Shown here piece by piece: positions 35,253 through 44,464 of a stretch of 64,000 bases of DNA (position 1 is its first letter; each line of letters starts with the position of its first letter). The stretch is taken from positions 25,493 through 89,492 of the forward strand of contig JAVEVO010000003.1 in the NCBI GenBank assembly GCA_034005005.1, read 5' to 3'. The notes beneath the pieces are model-generated. The model worked only from the letters and a program-made list of their open reading frames with translations. It was not told where the DNA came from and searched no databases. The stretch is from Myxococcota bacterium. GTDB lineage: Bacteria; Myxococcota_A; JAVEVO01. Position numbers and translations under genes: made by a program.

Positions 35253-36394
35253 AGAAGATCTACTGGCGACCGGGGAAGGTATCCCGGCGTATTCATCTAT
35301 TCGTTGCATTGATGGCGGCCTTGGGTCTTTTGACGGTCGAGACCGTCAAGACCCGGACCAAGCAGCCCCACTATGCCGAGAAGATGAAGGCTGCCCGGTT
35401 GATGCGCGACTCGATGACCGCGATCCGTGACTACCGGTTGAAGCGCCTCGGCCCCATCGATCGCGAGGCCGATCCCGCGGGCTCCGGGATGATCGGTACC
35501 CTGATGTCGCCGATCACCAGCAACACCGGCAACCTCGAGGCGAAGCAGACCACGGTCAACCCCAACTGGGCCGCGGTGCTGGTCGATCTGCTGAAGCGGG
35601 CCGGGGTCAAGAAGGGCGACTACATCGCGATCGGCTTCTCCGGCTCCTTCCCCGCGATGAACCTGGCGACCTACTGCGCGGCCGCGGCCCTCGAGCTGAA
35701 CCCGGTCGCGATCTCCGGGGCCTCGGCTTCCATGTGGGGGGCCAACGAGCCAGATCTCACCTGGCTAAAGATGGAAAAGCTGCTCTATGACCAAAAGATC
35801 CTTCCATTCCGTTCATCTGCGGCAACTCTTGGTGGACAAGGCGATAAAGCGCTCGGAATGAGCAAGAAGGGTCTCGAGCTTCTCCAGAAAGCGATCACGG
35901 AAAGCGGACTTCCGATGATCTATACCAGTGTTCCCAAAGAAAACATCGATATTCGCATGGAAACGTACAAGTCCATCGCAAAAGACAGCCCGATCGTTGT
36001 CTATGTCAACGTGGGTGGTGGGACGGTCTCCGTGGGCACGGCCGTCGGCAAGAAGCTGTTCAAGCCCGGCCTCAACCGGCGCCCTCCCGCCCGGGCCCTC
36101 TCCCTCGACTCGGTGATGACCCGCTTCGCGAAGGACGGCGTGCCCATCATCCACCTCAGCAACATCGTCGAGCTGGCCCGCCGCTACCAGTTGCCCCAGA
36201 CCCCGCAGAGCGTGCCGTCGCCGGGTGACGGGGTGATCTTCTGGCGGGAGGAGTACAACCTCTGGGCCGCCTCCGCGATCCTCGCCCTGCTCTGCGGCCT
36301 CCTCTTCGTGCTGATCCGCATGGACCTCGGGGCCCGGCTGTTCAGCGGTCCGAGCAAGAGCGCGGGCCCCCAGCAGCCGCAGCAGATGGTCTGA
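35249..36394 (+). CDS. membrane-anchored poly-gamma-glutamate system-associated protein (not CapA/PgsA metallophosphatase-like); possibly the PGA-system protein family seen next to pgsBC in Gram-negatives
   Basis: GTG overlaps the pgsC stop (GTGA). N-terminal TM helix (IHLFVALMAALGLLTV) and C-terminal TM helix (ILALLCGLLFVLI). It has no similarity to CapA motifs. It contains two low-GC stretches. Confidence 0.5.
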   Translation: MKKIYWRPGKVSRRIHLFVALMAALGLLTVETVKTRTKQPHYAEKMKAARLMRDSMTAIRDYRLKRLGPIDREADPAGSGMIGTLMSPITSNTGNLEAKQTTVNPNWAAVLVDLLKRAGVKKGDYIAIGFSGSFPAMNLATYCAAAALELNPVAISGASASMWGANEPDLTWLKMEKLLYDQKILPFRSSAATLGGQGDKALGMSKKGLELLQKAITESGLPMIYTSVPKENIDIRMETYKSIAKDSPIVVYVNVGGGTVSVGTAVGKKLFKPGLNRRPPARALSLDSVMTRFAKDGVPIIHLSNIVELARRYQLPQTPQSVPSPGDGVIFWREEYNLWAASAILALLCGLLFVLIRMDLGARLFSGPSKSAGPQQPQQMV

Positions 36395-36398
36395 GCCG

Positions 36399-36989
36399 GT
36401 GGCCCCCCCGCTCGTCCTCGCCAGCACCAGCGTTAGCCGCCAGCGCCTCCTCGCCCGGCTCGGGCTGCCCTTCGTCAGCGAGCGGCCCGCGGTCGACGAG
36501 ACCCGGCTGCCGGGGGAGTCGCCCGCGCAGCTCGTCCAGCGGCTCGCCCGGGCCAAGGCCGAGGCGGTGAGCCAGCGGCATCCCGCGGCCCTGGTGCTCG
36601 GCGGCGACCAGGTCGCGGTCCTCGATGACGAGATCCTCACCAAGCCCGGTACGCCCGCGCAGGCGGTCCGCCAGCTCTCCCTGCTCCAGGGTCGCACCCA
36701 CCAGCTCTTGACCGCGATCGCCCTGGTCCGGCGGGACGCCGGCTTTCTCCGGGAGGCGCTGGACGTCACGGAGCTCACCATGCGCCCCTGGCGCGAGGCG
36801 GAGCTGGCGGCCTACGTCCAGCACGATGCGCCCCTGGACTGCGCCGGCTCCTACCGGCTGGAAGGTCTCGGGATCGCTCTGTTCTCTCGGTGGCAGGGCG
36901 TGGACCCCAGCGCGGTGGAGGGGCTGCCGCTGACGATCCTGGCCGCCTGGTTCGCCGAGGGAGGCCTGCCGCTCTTCGGTCCGGGCTGA
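36399..36989 (+). CDS. maf: Maf-like nucleoside triphosphate pyrophosphatase (septum formation protein Maf)
   Basis: Motifs LVLASTSVSRQRLL, LVLGGDQV and KP match the Maf/YhdE family. Confidence 0.8.
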   Translation: MAPPLVLASTSVSRQRLLARLGLPFVSERPAVDETRLPGESPAQLVQRLARAKAEAVSQRHPAALVLGGDQVAVLDDEILTKPGTPAQAVRQLSLLQGRTHQLLTAIALVRRDAGFLREALDVTELTMRPWREAELAAYVQHDAPLDCAGSYRLEGLGIALFSRWQGVDPSAVEGLPLTILAAWFAEGGLPLFGPG

Positions 36990-36998
36990 GGAGCGACC

Positions 36999-38273
36999 AT
37001 GCGCCCGAAGGTCTTCCGGGATCCCGTGCACAACGCCATCGCCCTGGAGCGTGACGACCCGGGCGACCGGCTGCTGCTCGCCCTGATCGACACCCCCGAG
37101 CTGCAGCGGCTGCGCCGGATCCGGCAGCTCGGCCTGGCGGGGCTGGTCTTCCACGGTGCGGAGCACAGCCGCTTCACCCACTCCCTCGGGGCGATGCACC
37201 TCGCCCGACGGATCCTCGAGGCCGTGCGGGGGCAGCTCGAGCTCGGCCCGGACGAGCGGACCGCAGTGCTCGCGGCGGCCTTGCTGCACGACCTCGGCCA
37301 TGGCCCGCTCTCCCACAACGGCGAGGGGCTCTGGGGTGGGCGGCACGAGGAATGGAGCAGCCGCCTGGTGCTCGACCCGGGGACCGCGGTGCACCAGTTG
37401 CTCGCCGCGCACGAGCCGACCCTCCCCCGGCGGGTCGACGAGCTCGTGCGAGGGGTCGCCCGCCCGCGCACCCTGGGCAAGATCGTCTCCGGCCAGCTCG
37501 ACTGCGACCGTCTGGACTACATCCTGCGCGACGGCTGGGCCCTCGGCGTCTCTGTGACTTTCGACCTGACCAGGCTGCTCGGGATGGTCCTCATTGACCA
37601 GATCGAGGACCGGCTGGTGATCGATCGGCGGGGCCACGACGCGGTCGAGGCCTACCTGATCGCCCGCTACCATCTGTTCCGCAGCGTCTATCACCACAAG
37701 ACGGTGCGGGCCGCGGGCGCGATGCTCGGGGCCGCGGTCCGGCGCGCGTCCCTCCTCGTCGCCTCGGGGCGCCTCTCCCCGGGCGGGGTGGCCCCGGGCC
37801 TCGCCCGGGTCCTGGGCGGGGGCTCCCCCACCCTCGGCGAGTACCTCGCGCTCGACGACGGCGACCTCTGGAGCGCCCTGAAGGTCTGGGCCGGCGCGAC
37901 CGATCCCCTGCTCGCCCGGCTCGCGGGCGGGCTGCTGCACCGCCGGCTGTACAAGGGGCTGCAGGTGGTCCGGCAGGACCCGGCGGCGCAGGCCGCGCAG
38001 CTCGCCCGGGCGCGGGACCTGCTGCGGTGCGCAGGCCACGACCCGGATTTCGAGCTGCTCGTCGACACCGCCCGCGACCAGCCCTACCGTCCGTACTCGC
38101 CCGCGGAGCTCGGCCCGGAGGGCATCTTCGTCCGCTGGCCCGACGGCAACCGGGAGATCTCCGAGACCTCGGGGGTGGTCCGCAGCCTGCTCCAGGAGAC
38201 CACCGATACCCGCTGGTTCGTCCCGGAGGAGCTGCGGCCCGAGCTGCGTCGGCTGCTCGGCGCGACGGCCTGA
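36999..38273 (+). CDS. HD-domain metal-dependent phosphohydrolase (dGTPase-related family)
   Basis: VHNAIALE..LIDTPELQRLRRIRQLG..FHGAEHSRFTHSLGAMHLA, HD motif (LLHDLGHGPLSH), DCDRLDYILRD. Confidence 0.75.
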   Translation: MRPKVFRDPVHNAIALERDDPGDRLLLALIDTPELQRLRRIRQLGLAGLVFHGAEHSRFTHSLGAMHLARRILEAVRGQLELGPDERTAVLAAALLHDLGHGPLSHNGEGLWGGRHEEWSSRLVLDPGTAVHQLLAAHEPTLPRRVDELVRGVARPRTLGKIVSGQLDCDRLDYILRDGWALGVSVTFDLTRLLGMVLIDQIEDRLVIDRRGHDAVEAYLIARYHLFRSVYHHKTVRAAGAMLGAAVRRASLLVASGRLSPGGVAPGLARVLGGGSPTLGEYLALDDGDLWSALKVWAGATDPLLARLAGGLLHRRLYKGLQVVRQDPAAQAAQLARARDLLRCAGHDPDFELLVDTARDQPYRPYSPAELGPEGIFVRWPDGNREISETSGVVRSLLQETTDTRWFVPEELRPELRRLLGATA

Positions 38274-38321
38274 CCCCCGCCCCGGTGGCGGTCGTCGGTC
38301 CCGGGGGGGGGCGGCCGGAGG

Positions 38322-39221
38322 CTAGACCTGCAGCATCGCCAGCAGTTGCTGCTCTCGCTGCTCGAGCTGGGCTGCGGTCGGGCGCAGCAGCCCGCCGAGG
38401 GAGAAGTCCTCCACCGCGCAGGAGGCGAGCACCGTGCCGTGGATCATCGCCCGGCGCAGGCTCGCGGGCGAGAAGTCGCCCTCCCGGGCGAGGTACCCCA
38501 TGAAGCCGCCGGCGAAGCTGTCTCCCGCACCGGTCGGATCCTGGACGTCGGGGAGCAGCAACGCGGGCACCGCCAGCACGCCCTCCTCCCAGAAGAGCAG
38601 GGCGCCGTACTCGCCCCGCTTGATGACCAGGTAGCGCGGCCCGAGCTGCCGGATCTTCGCCGCGGCCTCGGCGAGGGGGCAGACCCCGGCGAGGGAGCGG
38701 GCCTCCTCCTCGTTGACGAGCGCGACGTCGACCCGGGCGAGCACCTGGGCGAGGAGCTCGGGGGTCCCCTCGATCCAGTAGTTCATGGTGTCGAGCCCGG
38801 CGAAGCGGACCCCCTGCGCCTCCGCGAGCACCTGCAACTGCAGGGCCGGGTGGATGTTGCCGAGGAAGAGGACCTCGCTCTGCCGGGCCGCGGCGTCGAG
38901 CTCGGGGCGGAAGCTCTCGAAGACGCCGAGCTCCGTGCTCAGGGTGTCCCGGCAGTTCATGTTCTGATGGTACCGGCCGCTCCAGCGAAAGGTCCGGCCC
39001 GGGACGACCTGCAGCCCGCTGATGTCGATGCCCTGCGCCGCCAGGAGCTCCCGGTGGGCGGGGGGAAAATCGTCGCCGACGACGGCGACGAGCCGGACGG
39101 GCGCGAAGCGCCGGGCCGCGGTGGAGATGAAGGAGGCCGAGCCTCCGAGGACCTCGGTGCGCTGCGCGCACGCAGTCTCGACGGTGTCCAGGGCGACGGA
39201 ACCGACGACCAGAAGCTCCAT
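38322..39221 (-). CDS. PfkB-family carbohydrate/nucleoside kinase (ribokinase-like)
   Basis: GG..N motif near the N-terminus and DPTGAGDSFAGGF near the C-terminus. Confidence 0.75.
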   Translation of the reverse strand: MELLVVGSVALDTVETACAQRTEVLGGSASFISTAARRFAPVRLVAVVGDDFPPAHRELLAAQGIDISGLQVVPGRTFRWSGRYHQNMNCRDTLSTELGVFESFRPELDAAARQSEVLFLGNIHPALQLQVLAEAQGVRFAGLDTMNYWIEGTPELLAQVLARVDVALVNEEEARSLAGVCPLAEAAAKIRQLGPRYLVIKRGEYGALLFWEEGVLAVPALLLPDVQDPTGAGDSFAGGFMGYLAREGDFSPASLRRAMIHGTVLASCAVEDFSLGGLLRPTAAQLEQREQQLLAMLQV

Positions 39222-39264
39222 GACGGTGTTCCTCCCGAGGGCCGGGTGGCCCTCGTCGCTGAGA

Positions 39265-40146
39265 TCAGGGGTGAGCCGGGAGCCGGTGCGCCACGAGCAG
39301 GCCCAGCTTGTCCCGCATGCCGGGATCGATGGCCGCCGGCTGCGTGAGGATCGCGTTGGCCAGGGCCTCTCCGCAGCCGCAATCCCGCTCGTCGCCGAGG
39401 GAGATCGCCAGCTCCCGGACGATCTGCTTGGCGGTGAGGCTGTTCTGGCGCAGGATCGCGACCACCGAGTCGACGGAGACGTCGGCCTCCGTCTCGTGCC
39501 AGCAGTCGTAGTCGGTGGCCAGCGCGAGGGTGGCGAAGCAGAGCTCCGCCTCCCGGGCGAGCTTGGCCTCGGGCAGGTTGGTCATGCCGATGACGTCCAT
39601 GCCCCAGGAGCGGTAGACGCGGGACTCGGCGCGGGTGGAGAAGGCTGGCCCCTCCATGCACAGGTAGGTGCCGCCGTCGTGCACCGTCGCACCGACCCGC
39701 CGGGCCGCGGCGGTGAGCTGCCCGCGCAGTCGTCCGCACACCGGGTCGGCGAAGCCGACGTGGGCCACCAGCCCGGTGCCGAAGAAGCTCCAGGGGCCCC
39801 GCTTCGTCCGGTCGAAGAAGCTGTCCACGGTGACCAGGTCGCCCGGCCGGATCTCCTCCCGCAGGGACCCGACGGCCGAGATGCTGAGCACCTGCTGGAC
39901 GCCGACCTGCTTGAGCGCCCAGATGTTGGCCAGAAACGGCACGTCGCTCGGGCTGAGCCGGTGGCCCCGGCCGTGGCGGGGGAGGAAGAACAGCTCGGTG
40001 GCGCCCCGCGGGCCGGGCAAGAACCCGTGGATCAAGGTGTCGGAGGGGCGGCCGAAGGGCGTGTCGACCCAGACCTCCTCCACCGACTCGATCCCCTCCA
40101 GCTCGTACAGGCCGCTCCCACCGATCACGCCGATGACTGGTCGCAT
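39265..40146 (-). CDS. mtnP: S-methyl-5'-thioadenosine phosphorylase
   Basis: IGVIGGSGLY, PRHGRGHRLSPSDVPFLANIWALK, GMTNLPEAKLAREAELCFATLALATDYDCWH. The start is assigned to ATG 40146. The track ORF upstream is Arg/Pro low-complexity. Confidence 0.85.
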   Translation of the reverse strand: MRPVIGVIGGSGLYELEGIESVEEVWVDTPFGRPSDTLIHGFLPGPRGATELFFLPRHGRGHRLSPSDVPFLANIWALKQVGVQQVLSISAVGSLREEIRPGDLVTVDSFFDRTKRGPWSFFGTGLVAHVGFADPVCGRLRGQLTAAARRVGATVHDGGTYLCMEGPAFSTRAESRVYRSWGMDVIGMTNLPEAKLAREAELCFATLALATDYDCWHETEADVSVDSVVAILRQNSLTAKQIVRELAISLGDERDCGCGEALANAILTQPAAIDPGMRDKLGLLVAHRLPAHP

Positions 40147-40238
40147 GGCACTCCTCGCGCTCGTCGAGCCGGGCCCGGATGCCGGGCCGCGCCCGCCGTC
40201 GCGCTGCGGGGGTTCCCCGGGCGTGGCCGGCCGCCCGC

Positions 40239-41933
40239 TCACTCCATGGGGATCGGCTTGAGCGTCACCCGGCCGTCCTTCTTCTGGATGCGGAAGCGGA
40301 CCATCCGGCAGCCGAGCTGCTCCTTGATGCCCGCCTCGGTGCTCCGGAGCTTGGCGACGAACTTGTCCAGGGTGACGCCCTGCACGCCCTCGCCCGTCTC
40401 CTGGCGGGCCGCGAGGTACTCGTCGAACAGGCGACGGAAGTAGCTCTCCTCCGTCTCGATGGCGAGCTCCTGGGTGAGCGCCCCGGCCTCGATGCGCTCG
40501 ACCCGCACGTCGCCGGAGCTGCCGAGGTTGTTGCTGTCGGCCTCGGCGAGGCCGCCGCTGGGCCGCCGCATCCCGCCCGCGCCCAGGGGGAGGCCGACCA
40601 GGTCGGGCCGCTTGCGGACCTGGCTCACCTCGTCGATGAACAGGGGATCCTTCCAGCTCCCGTCCCCGCGCGTCCGGCTCTCGCACTCCTCCTGGGTGGA
40701 GTCCTCGTCTTCGGGCAAGGGTTTGCCCAACAGCGTGCAGATCATCAGGTTGAGGCTGTTGCCGAGGTTGCCGACGAGGCTGTCCCGGCGGGAGCAGGGG
40801 AAGTTGTACTCGAAGTTGCCGTTGATGACCTCGTGGATGCCCTGGTCCAGCAGCTCGAGGGAGCGGATGAAGTGGCGGACGATGACCGCGCTGACGATGA
40901 GCAGGAAGAGGAAGACGCCCGCCCCCGCCAGGGGGATGTAGACGTTGAGCTCGTGGATCGGCTGGAGGCGCTTGCCCTGGTCCACGAGGACCAAGAACCC
41001 CCCGGTGGAGGCCGGCAGCAGGGAGCCGCTGGCGCGGAACTTGCGATCCCGCAGGAGGTAGACGGTGTCGACGCTCACCCGCCCGGTGGTGCTGGCCTCG
41101 GTCTGCTCGAGGATCTGCTTCTGGGCCTGCTCGATGATCTCCAGGGGCAGGGAGCCGGAGGCCGCCTCCTTGCCATAGTAGAAGATCACCTCGGCGCCGA
41201 AGCGCTTCTGGAGCCGGATCGCCTCGGCGTCGCTGCGGCGGAAGCCGAGGATCACCGCGCCTGCGAAGACCTCGGCGGGCGCGGCCGGCTGGACCGCGGG
41301 CTCGCCGGCCGGGAGCGCGGCCGGCGGGGCGGGGGGCTCCTCGGGCGGGGAGCCGAAGATCGGGGCGATCGCGACCTCCAGGGGTCCGCTGTTGGCCGGC
41401 CGCCAGCTCGTGTGGTCCGGCTGGCGGGTGCGGCCGACCTCGAGGACCTGCGGCAGCTCGGCCGCGACCGAGTTGCCCCAGGCCGCGTAGTCGGTGAAGC
41501 GGGCGACGACGGTGCCCGCGGCATCGACGACGTACATCTCGTCGGGGACGATCTGGCGGCGGTCCTCGAGCGCGTGCGCGGGGGACTCCTTGCCCTTGTC
41601 GGCCTCCCGGGCGGCCACCAGCTTGGCGTGCCAGACGTTCAGCTCCTCCCAGACCTGCTGGTGCCGCTCGTCGAGCCCCTCGATCCCCTCGGCGTAGGTC
41701 GTCAGCAGCTTCTCGCCGAGCATCGGCCAGGCCGCGACCTGGCTCGCCAGGGCCTCGTGCCCGTGGGCGTCGAGCGCGCCGGCGCGCAGCACTCCTTCGC
41801 GCGCGACGGTCAGGTCACCGACCGAGTCCTGCTCGAGGATGCCGACGAAGTACTCGTTGGTGACGACCAGGCTCCCGGCCGTGATCAAGGCGACTGCGGT
41901 AAGGAGGACCAGCGATATCTTGAGGTTGAACAT
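40239..41933 (-). CDS. membrane sensor protein with periplasmic domain, HAMP domain and conserved C-terminal domain of a myxobacterial family
   Basis: N-terminal signal anchor (LVLLTAVALITAGSLVV), periplasmic region, second TM (VFLFLLIVSAVIV) and a HAMP-like helix (RHFIRSLELLDQGIHEVINGNFEYNF). The conserved tail is ESYFRRLFDEYLAARQETGEGVQGVTLDKFVAKLR...RFRIQKKDGRVTLKP. Confidence 0.6.
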   Translation of the reverse strand: MFNLKISLVLLTAVALITAGSLVVTNEYFVGILEQDSVGDLTVAREGVLRAGALDAHGHEALASQVAAWPMLGEKLLTTYAEGIEGLDERHQQVWEELNVWHAKLVAAREADKGKESPAHALEDRRQIVPDEMYVVDAAGTVVARFTDYAAWGNSVAAELPQVLEVGRTRQPDHTSWRPANSGPLEVAIAPIFGSPPEEPPAPPAALPAGEPAVQPAAPAEVFAGAVILGFRRSDAEAIRLQKRFGAEVIFYYGKEAASGSLPLEIIEQAQKQILEQTEASTTGRVSVDTVYLLRDRKFRASGSLLPASTGGFLVLVDQGKRLQPIHELNVYIPLAGAGVFLFLLIVSAVIVRHFIRSLELLDQGIHEVINGNFEYNFPCSRRDSLVGNLGNSLNLMICTLLGKPLPEDEDSTQEECESRTRGDGSWKDPLFIDEVSQVRKRPDLVGLPLGAGGMRRPSGGLAEADSNNLGSSGDVRVERIEAGALTQELAIETEESYFRRLFDEYLAARQETGEGVQGVTLDKFVAKLRSTEAGIKEQLGCRMVRFRIQKKDGRVTLKPIPME

Positions 41934-42047
41934 CCCAGCCGTCTCCTCGATGATGCGGGGCGATTCTAAGAGAAGCCGGCGACGAGGTCAATTCGCTGGG
42001 CGCCGCTCGAGCTGGCTCGCGCGCCGCTTCTTCCCTACAATACACCC

Positions 42048-44114
42048 ATGATTGACCCCCGGCGATCACCTGCTCGGCTGCTCTGCTCCCTCCTGCTCGG
42101 GATCGGTGGGTGCACGGACGGCTGCGAGGGCCAGGGCGCCGGGGCGGGTGACCTCGCGGCCGCGGAGTGCCTCCGGGACGGAGACTGCCCCGAGGGCGCC
42201 GCGTGCGTGGACGGCCGCTGCACCTTGCTCTTCCTCCCCGACGGCGGGGAGGCCCTCCCCGACGGCGGTCTGGTGGACGCGGCCGGCGCGGCCGGCGACG
42301 GCGCCCGCCCCCTCGACGGGCCGGAACGGGATGGGGCGGCCACCGCCCCGCCCCTCGACCAGGACGGCGACGAGGTGCCCGACGTCCTGGACCTCTGCCC
42401 CACGGTGGCCGATCCCGCGCAGCGTGACGAGGACCAGGACGGCGTCGGGGACCTCTGCGACCTCTGCCCCGCGGTCCCCGATCACCTCCAGCGGGACCTG
42501 GACGGCGATCGGGTGGGCGACGGCTGCGACCGTTGCCCCCGCAGCCCGGGCCCGGGCACGGCCGACGGCTGCCCGCCCGATGCCGGCCCCTGGCTGGACG
42601 GCGACGGCGACGGGATCCCCGACGTCGACGACAACTGCCCGGTGAGCGACAACCCCGACCAGCGGGACACCGACGGGGACGGAGTCGGCAACCGCTGCGA
42701 CAACTGCCCGGCCCTCGCCAACTGGGACCAGGAGGACCGGGAGGGGGATGGCAAGGGCGACCGCTGCCAGACCTTCACGGGCTGGGACCGGGACGGCGAT
42801 CGGCTCCCCGACGACCGGGATCGCTGCCCCGAGGTCTGGGACCCGCAGCAGGGGGACGGCGACGCCGACGGGGTCGGCGACGCCTGCGACGTCTGCCCCA
42901 CGGTGGCCGACGCCGCGCAGGCCGACGCGGACGGGGACCGGATCGGGGACCGCTGCGATCCCGCGCGGCGCGACACGGACGGCGACGGGGTGCGGGATCG
43001 GGACGACCTCTGCCCGACCCTGGCCGCCTCCGGGCTGGAGAGCGACCTCGACGGGGACCGGATCGGGGATCGCTGCGATCCCCAGCGGTTCTTCGGGGAC
43101 ACGGACGGGGACGGCTTCGTCGACCTCGTCGATCCCTGCCCCACGGTCCCCGATCCCCCGGGGACCGCGCTGGCCGTGCGCATCTCGCCGAAGTGCCCGG
43201 GGGGGCCGGGGATCGATCGGGACCGCGACGGGCTCCCCGATGCCGTCGACACGTGTCCCCACCTCGCCAACCCCACCAACCACGACGGGGACGGGGATGG
43301 GTGGGGCGACCTGTGCGATCCCTGCCCCCTGCTGGGCCCGCGCTCGGCCGCGGACCCGCCCTGGGGGAGCTGCGCCGGCGACCTCGACGGCGACCTCCTG
43401 CCCGATGGGGCGGATCCTTGCCCCCTGGTGCCCGGCACCTTCGGCTGCGTCGACGATCGGGATGGGGACGGCTTGCCCGATGCGGTCGACCCTTGCCCCT
43501 TCTTGCCCTCGGCCGCGGACGTCGATCCCTGCCTCTCCGACGGGGACGGGGATGGGGTGGGCTTGTTCCAGGACAACTGCCCCGCCCTCGCCAATCCCGA
43601 TCAGCAGGATACGGACGGGGACGGGATCGGTGATCTCTGTGACCTCTGTCCCTTCGTCGCCCAGCATCCTGGTACGATCGTCTCTCCGTGCCTCGACGAC
43701 CAGGACGGCGACGGCCGCCCCGACGGGCTGGACCGCTGTCCGGCCGTGCCCGATCCGCTGCAGGGCGACCTCGACCACGATGGGGTGGGTGACCTCTGCG
43801 ACAACTGCCTGCTCGTCGCCAACGCCACCCAGGAGGACGTCGCGGGGGACGGGGTCGGCGACCGCTGCCAGGACGATTTCGACGGGGACGAGGTCGACGA
43901 TGGGCGCGACAACTGCATCCAGGTCGCCAACCCGGGCCAGGAGGACCGGGACGGGGACGGGACCGGCGACCGCTGCCAGGAGGATGCGGACGGCGACGGC
44001 ATCGGGGACTTCTGGGACCTCTGTCCTGGTCTCCCGGACCCCCTGCAGCTCGACCTCGACGGGGACGGGGTCGGCGACGCCTGCGCGCCTCCCCCGTTTC
44101 GCCGATCGCCCTGA
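42048..44114 (+). CDS. secreted thrombospondin type-3 repeat (calcium-binding) protein
   Basis: Signal peptide. About 25 repeats of DxDxDGxxDxxDxCP (for example DQDGDEVPDVLDLCP, DEDQDGVGDLCDLCP). Confidence 0.8.
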   Translation: MIDPRRSPARLLCSLLLGIGGCTDGCEGQGAGAGDLAAAECLRDGDCPEGAACVDGRCTLLFLPDGGEALPDGGLVDAAGAAGDGARPLDGPERDGAATAPPLDQDGDEVPDVLDLCPTVADPAQRDEDQDGVGDLCDLCPAVPDHLQRDLDGDRVGDGCDRCPRSPGPGTADGCPPDAGPWLDGDGDGIPDVDDNCPVSDNPDQRDTDGDGVGNRCDNCPALANWDQEDREGDGKGDRCQTFTGWDRDGDRLPDDRDRCPEVWDPQQGDGDADGVGDACDVCPTVADAAQADADGDRIGDRCDPARRDTDGDGVRDRDDLCPTLAASGLESDLDGDRIGDRCDPQRFFGDTDGDGFVDLVDPCPTVPDPPGTALAVRISPKCPGGPGIDRDRDGLPDAVDTCPHLANPTNHDGDGDGWGDLCDPCPLLGPRSAADPPWGSCAGDLDGDLLPDGADPCPLVPGTFGCVDDRDGDGLPDAVDPCPFLPSAADVDPCLSDGDGDGVGLFQDNCPALANPDQQDTDGDGIGDLCDLCPFVAQHPGTIVSPCLDDQDGDGRPDGLDRCPAVPDPLQGDLDHDGVGDLCDNCLLVANATQEDVAGDGVGDRCQDDFDGDEVDDGRDNCIQVANPGQEDRDGDGTGDRCQEDADGDGIGDFWDLCPGLPDPLQLDLDGDGVGDACAPPPFRRSP

Positions 44115-44141
44115 GCAGGGGCCGCCGAGCTGGAGCAAACA

Positions 44142-44170
44142 TTGACTCGTCGCCTGGCGGCTGGTAGAAC
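44142..44170 (+). promoter_or_regulatory. candidate sigma70-type promoter (TTGACT - 17 nt - TAGAAC) upstream of flp pilin
   Basis: Sequence match only. It lies ~75 bp upstream of the flp ATG. Confidence 0.3.
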
Positions 44171-44245
44171 CAGACCAGGCTCGAGGCGATTGCCCATGGC
44201 CCGAGCCCTGGCGTGAGGCCAATTGTGGGCGTGAGGAGCAGGCTG

Positions 44246-44413
44246 ATGGATACTCTCAAGCGACTATGGCAGGACGAAGAGGCAGCGACGGCCGTCGAGT
44301 ACGCCATCATCGCCGCCGTCGTCGGCGTTGCGCTCATTGGTACCCTCGTCCTCTTCCGGGAGAGCATCAAGGGGATGCTGACCAAGGCGGCCCAGACCAT
44401 CTCCAATCAGTGA
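44246..44413 (+). CDS. flp: Flp/Fap family type IVb pilin
   Basis: Classic Flp prepilin motif EEAATAVEYAIIAAVVGVALIG. ATG 44246 preceded by GAGGAG. 55 aa. Confidence 0.75.
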   Translation: MDTLKRLWQDEEAATAVEYAIIAAVVGVALIGTLVLFRESIKGMLTKAAQTISNQ

Positions 44414-44464
44414 GCCGCGGCCGGCCGGCCTCGCGCCGGCCCCTCCCTTGACGGTCGCCTCGGG

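Noticed and set aside
38274-38321. Possible bidirectional terminator between convergent HD and pfkB genes
   Set aside because: The region is GC-rich (cccgccccgg ... ccgggggggggcgg) but the stems are imperfect and there is no U-tract. I could not define a convincing hairpin.
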